64,000 nucleotides of DNA from an uncultured Gammaproteobacteria bacterium (lineage in GTDB: Bacteria; Patescibacteriota; Patescibacteriia; Magasanikbacterales; UBA922), in the NCBI GenBank assembly GCA_964418775.1, contig CAYQNA010000001.1, positions 446 to 64,445 on the forward strand, read 5' to 3'. This document shows, one piece after another, positions 1-8,627 of the stretch (position 1 is the stretch's first letter; each line of letters begins with the position of its first letter). Both the position numbers and the translations under genes were made by a program. Under the pieces are notes generated by a model. That model was not told where the DNA came from. It saw nothing but the letters and a program-made list of their open reading frames with translations, and did not search any database.

Positions 1-5
1 AGATT

Positions 6-2276
6 TTGAAGATTTACTTTAATGAAATTCCGTACGGTTCGACCAATTACGGTGTACAGGCCGCGGCCCAAAGTTATTTTGGTAAATCAGTGTCTGATTT
101 AAATTTATCTGAATCAGCCACACTCGCGGGTTTGCCGCAGCAGCCATCTGTATTTTTAAATAATCCTGAAGCACTGCGCAATCGCCGTAACTTAGTGTTG
201 CAGCGTATGGTGGACGAAGGCTATCTGAAAGCTGACGAAGCGGAAAAAGCCAAGGCCGAACCGGTTACACTCAAGCGTCAGGTGAACAGCATTCAGGCAC
301 CGCACTTTGTATTGTATGTAAAGGAACAATTAGTAAAACAATACGGCGAGAGCATGGTGGAAAAAGGTGGACTCAAGGTAATTACCACACTTGATTGGGA
401 TAAGCAAAAGGCGGCTGAAAAAGCGGTGAGCAGCACGGGCAAAATTTTTGCCGAAGCCAACGCAAATAACGCTGCGCTCGTCTCGCTCGACCCACGCAAC
501 GGCCAAATGCTTGCAATGATTGGTTCGCGTGATTTTTTTGATGAGTCAATTAGTGGGCAATTCAATGTGGCCACACTTGGTCGACGCCAACCAGGTTCGT
601 CAATTAAACCAATTGTATACGCGGCCGCATTTGAGCGAGGACTAACACCAAGCACCATGATGTATGATGTGGTTACGCCATTTCCAGGCGGTGCACAGGC
701 ATACACGCCACGCAACTACGACCTAAGTGAACGCGGGCCCGTGACACTACGCCAAGCCCTGCAGGGTTCGCTTAATATTCCGGCCGTAAAAACCATGTAC
801 ATTGTGGGGCTTAAGCAAACACTTGAATTTGCTAGTCGCATGGGCTACACCACGTTCAATAGTGGACTTGGGCTGTCACTTGTACTTGGCGGTGGTGAGG
901 TCAGTATGATCGAGCACACCAATGCCTTTGCTACGTTTGCAAATAATGGCAAGCGTCTGCCAGTCTCCACAATTTTGCGTGTCGAGGGTCCAAACAAAGA
1001 CATGATTTTTGAATGGAAACAACCGGAGGGTGAGCAGGTGATTGATTCCAAGCTTGCGGCTACCATGGCGAACGTACTTAGTGATGACCCGAGTCGTCAG
1101 TATGTGTTTGGGGCCAACAGTAACTTAACATTACCAGGTCGACCAGTGGCTGCTAAAACCGGTACAACAAACAATTACGTGGATGCGTGGACAATCGGCT
1201 ATACACCAAGTATTGTGACAGTCGTATGGGCGGGTAATACCGATAATAAGCCAATGAAATCAGGGTATGGTGGCAACAAAGTCGCGGGTGAAATTTGGAA
1301 TCAGTACATGCGCGAGGCCCTCAAGAATACGCCAGTTGAGCAATTCCCGGCCATGACAGCACCAACTTCGACTAAGCCAATTTTAAACGGTAGCGCAGGG
1401 GGCAACGTAAAATTACTGGTGAACTCGGTGACCGGCCGTTTGGCGAACAGCTCCACACCGCCTGAGTACATTCAGGAAAAGACGTTTATCATTCCACACG
1501 ATATCCTGCACTACATCGATGTAAATAACCCAGCTGGTCCAGTGCCAGAACATCCAGAAAGTAACCCGGCCTACGGAATTTGGGAAAAGGCTGTGCAAGA
1601 CTGGATCGTGCGTAACAAGGCCAAAAATCCAGACTGGAATCCAGAGTTTGTCGAGCCGCCAACTGAGTATGATGACGCGTATTCACTGGAGCTCATGCCA
1701 AAACTCGAAGTGCGCAGCCCACAACCAGATTCAGTTTTAACAAGCCGTCAAATTAATACCGACATCGTGGTGAGCGCAGTGCGTGGTGTTACGCGCGTGA
1801 GTTACCAAATTGATGGTGCCTATGTTGGCGTGGTTAGCGAACATCCATTCAATTTGTCATACGAAGCCGCTACGCTTACACCAGGTAAGCACATGCTTAC
1901 AATTACTGTCGAGGACGACGTGGGCAACAAATTGCGCCGGGAAGTTCCGTTTACACTGAATGTTTCGGCTGCGCAACCAGGTGTGCAGTTTACGCGCAAT
2001 CCAGCCACGTTGGGAACCAATCAATTCCCACTTGGTTTGTTTTTGTCACCGCATCGTTTGGAAGAAATCACCGCGGTCAAAGTTAACGCCATTTCGGCCA
2101 ACCGTACCCAGACAATTGTGATTGGTAATGCGAGCTTAAATAATTTGCAAAATGGCGAATTGTTTGTTAGTTGGGCAAATGCACCAACCCCCGGTCTCTG
2201 GTCTGTGGTGGCCGAGGTCACACTCAAAAACGGCACGGTGTATGACAGTGATCAGTTTACACTACTCGTGAACTAG
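6..2276 (+). CDS. Bifunctional penicillin-binding protein (PBP1A family), 5'-truncated by the window edge, with C-terminal Ig-like domains
   Basis: Transglycosylase motifs (YFNEIPYG, AAQSYFGK, ATLAGLPQ.PS); transpeptidase SxxK (GSSIK), SLN and KTGTT motifs. Confidence 0.93.
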   Translation: MKIYFNEIPYGSTNYGVQAAAQSYFGKSVSDLNLSESATLAGLPQQPSVFLNNPEALRNRRNLVLQRMVDEGYLKADEAEKAKAEPVTLKRQVNSIQAPHFVLYVKEQLVKQYGESMVEKGGLKVITTLDWDKQKAAEKAVSSTGKIFAEANANNAALVSLDPRNGQMLAMIGSRDFFDESISGQFNVATLGRRQPGSSIKPIVYAAAFERGLTPSTMMYDVVTPFPGGAQAYTPRNYDLSERGPVTLRQALQGSLNIPAVKTMYIVGLKQTLEFASRMGYTTFNSGLGLSLVLGGGEVSMIEHTNAFATFANNGKRLPVSTILRVEGPNKDMIFEWKQPEGEQVIDSKLAATMANVLSDDPSRQYVFGANSNLTLPGRPVAAKTGTTNNYVDAWTIGYTPSIVTVVWAGNTDNKPMKSGYGGNKVAGEIWNQYMREALKNTPVEQFPAMTAPTSTKPILNGSAGGNVKLLVNSVTGRLANSSTPPEYIQEKTFIIPHDILHYIDVNNPAGPVPEHPESNPAYGIWEKAVQDWIVRNKAKNPDWNPEFVEPPTEYDDAYSLELMPKLEVRSPQPDSVLTSRQINTDIVVSAVRGVTRVSYQIDGAYVGVVSEHPFNLSYEAATLTPGKHMLTITVEDDVGNKLRREVPFTLNVSAAQPGVQFTRNPATLGTNQFPLGLFLSPHRLEEITAVKVNAISANRTQTIVIGNASLNNLQNGELFVSWANAPTPGLWSVVAEVTLKNGTVYDSDQFTLLVN

Positions 2277-2688
2277 GGCGCTGAAACAAGATCCAAAGAA
2301 TGCCAAGAACAATGGCAATATCAGCCAGATTAATAACCGAGTAAAGGATACGGAAATAATCAACCGTGATACCAAGATGATAACGATCCAAAAAATTGGA
2401 CAGTGCGCCCGCCAATACCAAGGCAGCCGCGGCCCAATTTTTTTTGTCTGATTGGCGGACCCACCACCAACCGATCATAAACATAATTACTGGTGTGGCA
2501 GCGATGACAACAAGATTGGGGATGGGTAAGCTGAACGCAATGCCAGGGTTAGGAAAATATTCCCAGCCAAGCCAGGGTTTAATTAGGTAGTAGCGTGCTT
2601 GTTGGTGGGCGAGAGCAATTGCTTTGATGCCCTGGTCAACAACAAAAACGCCTATACCAAGTAGGATAGGCAAGATTTTGCGCAGCAT
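2257..2688 (-). CDS. lspA: Lipoprotein signal peptidase II
   Basis: DQ..K, NPGIAFS, GALSNFLDR, VDY and INLADIAI motifs; start moved to ATG 2688. Confidence 0.88.
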   Translation of the reverse strand: MLRKILPILLGIGVFVVDQGIKAIALAHQQARYYLIKPWLGWEYFPNPGIAFSLPIPNLVVIAATPVIMFMIGWWWVRQSDKKNWAAAALVLAGALSNFLDRYHLGITVDYFRILYSVINLADIAIVLGILWILFQRPSSRVV

Positions 2689-2696
2689 AAGCCGAT

Positions 2697-3077
2697 TTAG
2701 ACCTCGTCTGTAAGAGTTTTTTTGCAATCAACGCACGAGCTGGAGGTTGGGCGAGCAAGGAGGCGTTTTTCGGCAATTGGTTTGTCACAGTATTTGCAGA
2801 TGCCGTATGTGCCTTCGGCAACACGCTTAAGGGCAGCCTTAACGTCACGCAGTGACTTTTCGAGGGTCATTTCGACTGGCTTGTTGGACAAAAAGTCCGT
2901 TACTTCCTGGGCATTGTCCTCTAGGTTGTCGCCGTATTCTGGGAACGAGGTATCTTTGCCGCCACTGTGGTCAGTAAATTGGCCTAGTTCGGCTGTGAGT
3001 TTGCGTTGTTCTTCCTCAAGAGCAGTCTTAACCTGAGCTAAAAAGTCAGCAGAAAAGGCTGATTTTTTCGTAGCCAT
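2697..3077 (-). CDS. DksA/TraR C4-type zinc finger protein
   Basis: Coiled coil followed by GTYGICKYCDKPIAEKRLLARPTSSSCVDC; upstream TTGCCA-17-TATACT promoter on the minus strand. Confidence 0.9.
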   Translation of the reverse strand: MATKKSAFSADFLAQVKTALEEEQRKLTAELGQFTDHSGGKDTSFPEYGDNLEDNAQEVTDFLSNKPVEMTLEKSLRDVKAALKRVAEGTYGICKYCDKPIAEKRLLARPTSSSCVDCKKTLTDEV

Positions 3078-3154
3078 ACAATAATGTCAGTTCATGAGTA
3101 ACGATCCCAGTATAAATGAGATCCTACATTTTGGCAATAAGCCGAATTTTGGAT

Positions 3155-3203
3155 AAAAAAAGGGCGACATCGATGCCCATGGGAATATGTGGCAGAGTCG
3201 CCC
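3155..3203 (-). terminator. Intrinsic terminator
   Basis: GGGCGAC/GTCGCCC stem (3162-3168 with 3197-3203) followed by U7 on the minus strand. Confidence 0.65.
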
Positions 3204-3516
3204 ATAAGTCCCAAGGGTAGTGATTCACGATTTCTCGTTGAACGACCAACGGCCTTTAGGACCTTTTTTGCTTCCTCTCACACCGCCAAGAGGTGGAAAC
3301 TCCCGCTACCCTCTAGCAAGCTAGACAGAGTAACATAATGGGAGACACCGTAGACTCAACTGCTTCTGTTTTGGCTTTTTGTTTTTTGTTTCAACTCACA
3401 AGTAGTTGAGCCAAGAAGGCAGAGTGGGGAGAGCACAAACTGCGACCTTCAACAGAGTTGAGGGAGCTTGTGCGTTGCGAAAGAGCTACTTCTACTGACT
3501 ACTATTTTTCTCTAAC
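3155..3516 (-). ncRNA. Candidate ~360-nt structured non-coding RNA, family unknown
   Basis: Own promoter and terminator, no ORF of 60 aa or more, several helices with G-U pairs on the minus strand, G(CUUG)C and GAAA tetraloops. Confidence 0.6.
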
Positions 3517-3522
3517 AAAAAT

Positions 3523-3551
3523 AGTATACCATATTGTATACAAATTGTCAA
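3523..3551 (-). promoter_or_regulatory. sigma70 promoter
   Basis: TTGACA-17 nt-TATACT with an extended -10 TG. Confidence 0.8.
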
Positions 3552-3670
3552 GTGGGGGTGATGTGGTGCGTAAAAAAGGCTTGTATTAAGCAAAATTTGG
3601 TGTTTTTTGGTCATATTTTAGTGTTTGTATATATTAGTGTATACTTTTGATACTGGGGTGGGGGGTTGGG

Positions 3671-3775
3671 TTATCCCCAATTATGAATAGTTTTCCCCAG
3701 AGTTATCCACATCTACGTTCTTTGAACACAAAATTTATGTATTTTTGGGCAAAATTTGCAGGGAAATAATCCACA
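3671..3775 (+). promoter_or_regulatory. DnaA-box cluster
   Basis: TTATCCCCA 3671, TTTTCCCCA 3691, perfect TTATCCACA 3703, TAATCCACA 3767; all co-oriented. Confidence 0.6.
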
Positions 3776-3864
3776 AGAACAATTGTTCTACTGTTGGTAA
3801 GTGGAATTTTGACAGGTTTTTTGGGTGGTGGAATAATGGATTCATAAATCTTAAGGAGGGAACT

Positions 3865-6261
3865 ATGCTTCAGACTTTTTGGTCCTGGCGTTGCCAGGTA
3901 ACCGTTATTTTAGTCGGCCAGATTCTGGTAGGTTGGTTGTTGGTGGGGTTGGTGCCGGTTAGGGCAATGGGGGGCGTGGTTATTTCTGGTCTGCAGGTTT
4001 CGGGTGGATCAGGGCATACTAACGAGGAGTATATTGAGTTTTATAATAGCAGCAGCGACCCGGTGGATATTGGCGGCTGGCGGTTAGCTAAGCTGACCAA
4101 GACGGGGACACCGGGTAGTTGGACATACTTGGGGCCAGCGCTTGGAGCGCAAACAGTTTTGCCTGGGTATACATTTGCACTTGCTGTGCATGTAGATGGT
4201 GTCGCGCTCTTTGGTGGAGATTGGCAGTATGCCTCGTCCACTTTGGCCGAGGACAATAGTGTGGCACTCGTTAACGCGGCGGGCGCAGTTGTGGATTTGG
4301 TTGGGTGGGGTCAGGCAATTAATTTTACCGGGCAGCCGTTGCCTACGGCGGGGACAGGTCGGTGGGCACGAGTGTTGTTGATCGACAAATCTTTGGGGGA
4401 TTTTGCGAAGACAACAGAAGCCACTAGGCAGGGGTTGGCCGCTAATTTTTTGCCGCTACCCACAGCGCCGACAAGCACCACTGAAGTTGCGACATCAACA
4501 CCGGTAGTGTCCTCAACTCCAGAAGTTGTGGTCACTAGTACGCCCGTGGTAGAGGAGGAGCCTGTGCTCGGGGTGGTGCTCAGTGAAGTGTATCCGCAGC
4601 CTAACACTGGCGAAGTTGAATTTGTTGAATTGTATAATCCAAATGATAATACCGTTGATTTGGCGGGCTGGTACTTGGTCGAGGGCGGGGGGAGTCAGAC
4701 TGTGGTTACGGGGACAATTGCGGCACAATCATTTTTGAAAATTGCACCAATTAAAGGAAGCTTGAATAATACGGGTGACGAAGTGCAATTGTGGCATGGT
4801 GACAACAAGGTTGATGGGGTCGCATACGGTGAGTGGGATGGTTCAGTGTTAAGCCCAACCAAAGGGCAAAGTGTAGTGCGGGAAAATTTGGAAATAATTG
4901 GGGAGTGGAAGCTGGGTAATCCAACTCCGGGCGCGGTTAATAGTGTGATTCTGGAAACTTTAGAAACAGAAGAGGAAAACGATGATAGTGAAGGTGGTGC
5001 CGTGGTTAAAAATGTCACGGGTAAATTAAAGATCAATGAGATTTTTCCCGACACAGTGGGTGCTGATGTAGGAGAATTTGTGGAAATTATCAATCCAACA
5101 ACCGTAGAGGTAGCAATGTCGCAGTGGCGTTTGGAAGTGGGCGAGCAAGAATATGTTTTGCCAGACCAGGTCGTGTTACCAGGCGCAATTGTTGTGTTCT
5201 ACCGTGAAAAAAGTAAGCTCGTGTTGCCAAATTTTAAAAAAGAAAAAGTCAGGCTCGTGCGTAACGACGGTAGTTTGTCGGACAGTGTCGGGTACACAGT
5301 ACCAACTGTGTCGGGTGCGGCGTGGGTGAATGTGGTGGGTCGCGGGTGGGGCTGGAGTCAAAGTAGTACGCCGGGCCTGCCAAATGTGTGGAAGCAATTG
5401 AACCGTGCGCCATATGCGGAAATTACGGCTCCGGTCGAAGTCTTGCCTGGTGAGGTTGTGAATTTTGGTAGTGATAATGTGTATGACCCGGACCAAGATG
5501 TGCTCGCGTATCACTGGGACTTGGGTGATGGCCAGGAAAGTACGAGCACAGGAATTAGTACGGTCTATAACAAGCCAGGCAAGTATTCGGTTGTGTTAAA
5601 GGTTGTTGATCCGTATGGCTTAAAAGACGAAGTAAAGTGGGCACTTAAAGTCACGGCTCCAGTGGTGGAAAATGAAAAACCAACGTCTACTGTTGTGGCT
5701 ACAAAGCCAAAAACTACGGCAAGTGCAGCGCCAAAGACAACCAAGAAAGCGACGACAACTACAAAAACCGCGACTACCAAAGCAAACACAGCGAGCAGTA
5801 CAGCAAAAGCAAGTGTGGTTGCGCCAAAAGGTCCGGCATTACCAGTAGCCGCACGCTTGCTCGCGGAAAATGACGGTAAGCTGGTGAGTATTAAAGGTGA
5901 GTTAACAAGTGGTGGTGGCAAATATTGGCGATTAGACGATGGGACAGCCGAAGTGGCCGTGATTTTACCAGCCACCAAGTTGCCCGCAGGTTTAGGCTGG
6001 AAAAAAGGAACAACGTGGCAGGTGAGTGGGGTGGTGAAAAAATACAAAGAAGATTGGGCTGTGGCGCCGATTGATTGGAAAGATTTGAAGGTGGTAGGCA
6101 AGGAAATCGCGAATGCAAAAGCGGTATCAGGAATGCCAGTTGATAGTGAGGCAGTGAAAAAATTATGGTGGTTGCTGCCGGGTGTGATTGCGGTTGCGGT
6201 GGTGATTGTGTTTGCTAAGCGACGCAAGACACCTGACTTAGTGCCAGTGCGCGTGGTATAA
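3865..6261 (+). CDS. Surface-anchored protein with 3 lamin-tail domains, PKD domain, Thr/Lys-rich linker, OB-fold-like domain and C-terminal TM helix
   Basis: Three repeats like 'V.(I/L)(S/N)E..P...EF(V/I)E(L/I)YNP...VDL.GW'; PKD 'YDPDQDVLAYHWDLGDG...YNKPGKYSVVLKVVD'; SD AAGGAGGG before ATG 3865; C-terminal hydrophobic helix plus KRRK. Confidence 0.8.
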   Translation: MLQTFWSWRCQVTVILVGQILVGWLLVGLVPVRAMGGVVISGLQVSGGSGHTNEEYIEFYNSSSDPVDIGGWRLAKLTKTGTPGSWTYLGPALGAQTVLPGYTFALAVHVDGVALFGGDWQYASSTLAEDNSVALVNAAGAVVDLVGWGQAINFTGQPLPTAGTGRWARVLLIDKSLGDFAKTTEATRQGLAANFLPLPTAPTSTTEVATSTPVVSSTPEVVVTSTPVVEEEPVLGVVLSEVYPQPNTGEVEFVELYNPNDNTVDLAGWYLVEGGGSQTVVTGTIAAQSFLKIAPIKGSLNNTGDEVQLWHGDNKVDGVAYGEWDGSVLSPTKGQSVVRENLEIIGEWKLGNPTPGAVNSVILETLETEEENDDSEGGAVVKNVTGKLKINEIFPDTVGADVGEFVEIINPTTVEVAMSQWRLEVGEQEYVLPDQVVLPGAIVVFYREKSKLVLPNFKKEKVRLVRNDGSLSDSVGYTVPTVSGAAWVNVVGRGWGWSQSSTPGLPNVWKQLNRAPYAEITAPVEVLPGEVVNFGSDNVYDPDQDVLAYHWDLGDGQESTSTGISTVYNKPGKYSVVLKVVDPYGLKDEVKWALKVTAPVVENEKPTSTVVATKPKTTASAAPKTTKKATTTTKTATTKANTASSTAKASVVAPKGPALPVAARLLAENDGKLVSIKGELTSGGGKYWRLDDGTAEVAVILPATKLPAGLGWKKGTTWQVSGVVKKYKEDWAVAPIDWKDLKVVGKEIANAKAVSGMPVDSEAVKKLWWLLPGVIAVAVVIVFAKRRKTPDLVPVRVV

Positions 6262-6270
6262 TGTGGCCGT

Positions 6271-7959
6271 ATGGCCGAAACTTTTTCGCATTTGAGCGCA
6301 GTGCTTGGGTTGACCGTTGGTCTGGCATTTTTGTTGCGCAAATTAAAACAGCCATTGGTTGTTGCGTATATTGCAGGTGGTGTGATTGCCGGGCCGCTTG
6401 TCTTGAATATTGTGAATAGTGAAGACGCGTTTTTTGAAACCTTGGCACACTTTGGTATTGTGTTGCTGCTTTTCGTGATTGGTTTGAATTTTAGTTTTGC
6501 GTATTTGCAAAGATTGGGCAAGAATTTATTAATTGGCGGGGTCGCGCAATTTTTGTTGACTGTGGCCGCGGGGCTAGTCGTACTGAAAATGTTTGGGTTT
6601 GGTTGGCAGTCCGCTGTGTTTGTGGGGACCGCACTAGCGTTCTCGAGCACAATTATTGTGGTGAAGCTGTTAACGGAAAAGCGCGAGACCGAAACTTCGT
6701 ATGGGCAATTTGTAATTGGGGTGCTGGTTGTGCAAGATGTACTTGCCGTGATTTTGCTAATTGTCTTGAATGCGCTCGGGCTTAGCGGTTCGTGGCAAAG
6801 CGTGGCGTTGCAAGTGTTGGGAAAGAGCTTGGTACTTGGTGGGGTTTTGTATTTTGTGGCCAAACATTGGTTACCAGATTTGATTAATCGCGCGGCGCGC
6901 TCAGGAGAGTTGTTGTTTATTTTTACGTTAGCTTGGTGTTTTGGTGTCGCGAGTATTGTGGAGTGGGCAGGGTTTGGTGCCGAGCTTGGGGCAGTAATTG
7001 CTGGTATTACCTTGGGTTCATCACCATTTCAAGCGGAAATCAGTAGTAGACTGCGACCGCTGCGCGATTTCTTTATCGTCTTGTTCTTTTTGGTGCTTGG
7101 AAGCAGCCTACAATTACATGAAATCGCTAGTGTGTGGGTGATGGGGTTAGCGCTGGCCGTGTTTGTGCTTGTGATTGAGCCAATTATTTTGTATTGGATT
7201 ATGCGTCGTTTGGGTTACAAGCGGCGCAATGCATTCTTGGCCAGTGTGACGGCTGCGCAAGTGAGTGAGTTTGGGTTCATCTTAATGTACAAGGGAAAAG
7301 AACTTGGATATTTGCCAGGGCCAGAGTTGGGTCTCCTAACCATGGTGGCGCTGCTCACGATTATGATTTCGTCGTACTTAGTTACGTATAACGAACAATT
7401 GTGGACCTGGTTTAAGCCGTGGCTCGAGAAGTTTGGCAAGGAAAATGTGGAGGTGAAAAGTATTGAACCAAAAGAATACAACGTGTGGATTTTTGGGTAT
7501 CACCGCATGGGGTGGCGCATTGCCGAGGCGTTGCGTAGACACAAAATCCCGTTTGCAGTCGTGGATTTTAATCCGCAGGCCATGGAAAAATTGGCCGTGG
7601 CCAATGTGCCAGCGTATTTTGGTGATGCGTCTGATGTAGAATTTTTGAGTGATTTGCCGCTTGGCGATGCGGAATTAATTGTGTCGACATTGCCTGATGC
7701 CAGCGACCAGCTGGCGCTCGTGCACCACATTCGCCGTCAGAGCGAGGAGCCAATTATTATTTGTCATTTACAGCATGCGCGACATTTGGAGGATTTGTAC
7801 AATGCTGGCGCGGATTATGTGGTGCTTACGCATTTGCTTGGTGGGCAGTGGGTGGCTGACCGATTACCAAACACTTTGACACACCGCAATTTAGCCGCCC
7901 TGCGCCGCGAACAAGAACGCGAATTGCGTTTGCGTCACGCGTTGAATTTAGTGGATTGA
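6271..7959 (+). CDS. CPA2 cation:proton antiporter (KefB/KefC-like) with TrkA-N domain
   Basis: Many TM helices, AFSST.IVVKLL and VVQD motifs, C-terminal Rossmann GYHRMG...GDA. Confidence 0.9.
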   Translation: MAETFSHLSAVLGLTVGLAFLLRKLKQPLVVAYIAGGVIAGPLVLNIVNSEDAFFETLAHFGIVLLLFVIGLNFSFAYLQRLGKNLLIGGVAQFLLTVAAGLVVLKMFGFGWQSAVFVGTALAFSSTIIVVKLLTEKRETETSYGQFVIGVLVVQDVLAVILLIVLNALGLSGSWQSVALQVLGKSLVLGGVLYFVAKHWLPDLINRAARSGELLFIFTLAWCFGVASIVEWAGFGAELGAVIAGITLGSSPFQAEISSRLRPLRDFFIVLFFLVLGSSLQLHEIASVWVMGLALAVFVLVIEPIILYWIMRRLGYKRRNAFLASVTAAQVSEFGFILMYKGKELGYLPGPELGLLTMVALLTIMISSYLVTYNEQLWTWFKPWLEKFGKENVEVKSIEPKEYNVWIFGYHRMGWRIAEALRRHKIPFAVVDFNPQAMEKLAVANVPAYFGDASDVEFLSDLPLGDAELIVSTLPDASDQLALVHHIRRQSEEPIIICHLQHARHLEDLYNAGADYVVLTHLLGGQWVADRLPNTLTHRNLAALRREQERELRLRHALNLVD

Positions 7960-7989
7960 AATTGAAATCGTTGTAATTACAAATCTTAT

Positions 7990-8200
7990 AATCATAAAGA
8001 TTTCCTGGTTTTTGCTTGAGCGGAACCAGAAAACCGCTGCCGTCGCTCGGACGGCGCCGACATGCGTTCGCGCCGAGCCCGCGGAGGGCTCAATTGCACA
8101 GGCCACAGCGCTTGTAGTACTTACCCCCCGTCAGGATGTCCCGCGCGTCCGCCGCCCTCCTGGATTTTGTTCGAATTTGTTTCAGACCTCGTGCCTAGGC
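7990..8200 (-). ncRNA. Candidate GC-rich structured RNA / micro-ORF unit
   Basis: About 70% GC in a sampled line, consecutive hairpins, TTGACA at 8225-8230 on the minus strand. Confidence 0.4.
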
Positions 8201-8265
8201 TAGGTGTAGCAAAAAATACGATTTTGTCAATGGTTTTGCAAAAATTTGGACCTCGAACAGAGCTG

Positions 8266-8294
8266 TTGACATAAAATAATTGAGCTGGTATACT
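8266..8294 (+). promoter_or_regulatory. sigma70 promoter of the tRNA operon
   Basis: TTGACA-17-TATACT. Confidence 0.8.
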
Positions 8295-8307
8295 TTTCTC
8301 ACTTTAC

Positions 8308-8380
8308 GGGCCGGTAGCTCATTTGGTAGAGCATCGCGTTTGCATCGCGAGGGTGGGGGGTTCGAATCCTCTCCGGTCCA
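8308..8380 (+). tRNA. tRNA-Ala(TGC)
   Basis: Cloverleaf, anticodon TGC, G3:U70 identity pair, TTCGAA T-loop. Confidence 0.95.
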
Positions 8381-8396
8381 CAACGGCAGTGCATAG

Positions 8397-8468
8397 GCCG
8401 TGGTAGCTCAGTGGTAGAGCAGAGGCCTGAAGAGCCTTGTGTCGCCAGTTCGATCCTGGCCCGCGGCA
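8397..8468 (+). tRNA. tRNA-Phe(GAA)
   Basis: Cloverleaf, anticodon loop CTGAAGA. Confidence 0.95.
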
Positions 8469-8476
8469 CAATTTAG

Positions 8477-8550
8477 CGGGGTGTAGCTCAGTTGGCTAGA
8501 GCGACTGGTTTGGGACCAGTAGGTCGCACGTTCAAGTCGTGTCACCCCGA
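8477..8550 (+). tRNA. tRNA-Pro(TGG)
   Basis: Cloverleaf CGGGGTG...CACCCCGA, anticodon loop TTTGGGA. Confidence 0.95.
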
Positions 8551-8627
8551 CAATGTAATTAAAAAATCCCGAACAGGATTTTTTGTTTTATCTTAGTGTG
8601 GTACAATTTTGGTATACAATCTTTCTT

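Noticed and set aside
3155-3516. tmRNA, RNase P or T-box identity for the orphan RNA (the size fits, and one frame reads AKTEAVESTVSPIMLLCLAC*)
   Set aside because: No tRNA-like acceptor or T-arm, no GAGGAAAGUCC, no T-box consensus; the tag resemblance is superficial.
3655-3670. G-quadruplex candidate GGGGTGGGGGGTTGGG
   Set aside because: Only three separate G-runs; cannot support a canonical three-tier G4.
5565-6863. 432-aa minus-strand ORF
   Set aside because: Antisense shadow of the LTD protein and antiporter genes; low-complexity Thr/Ser/Ala composition and no motifs.
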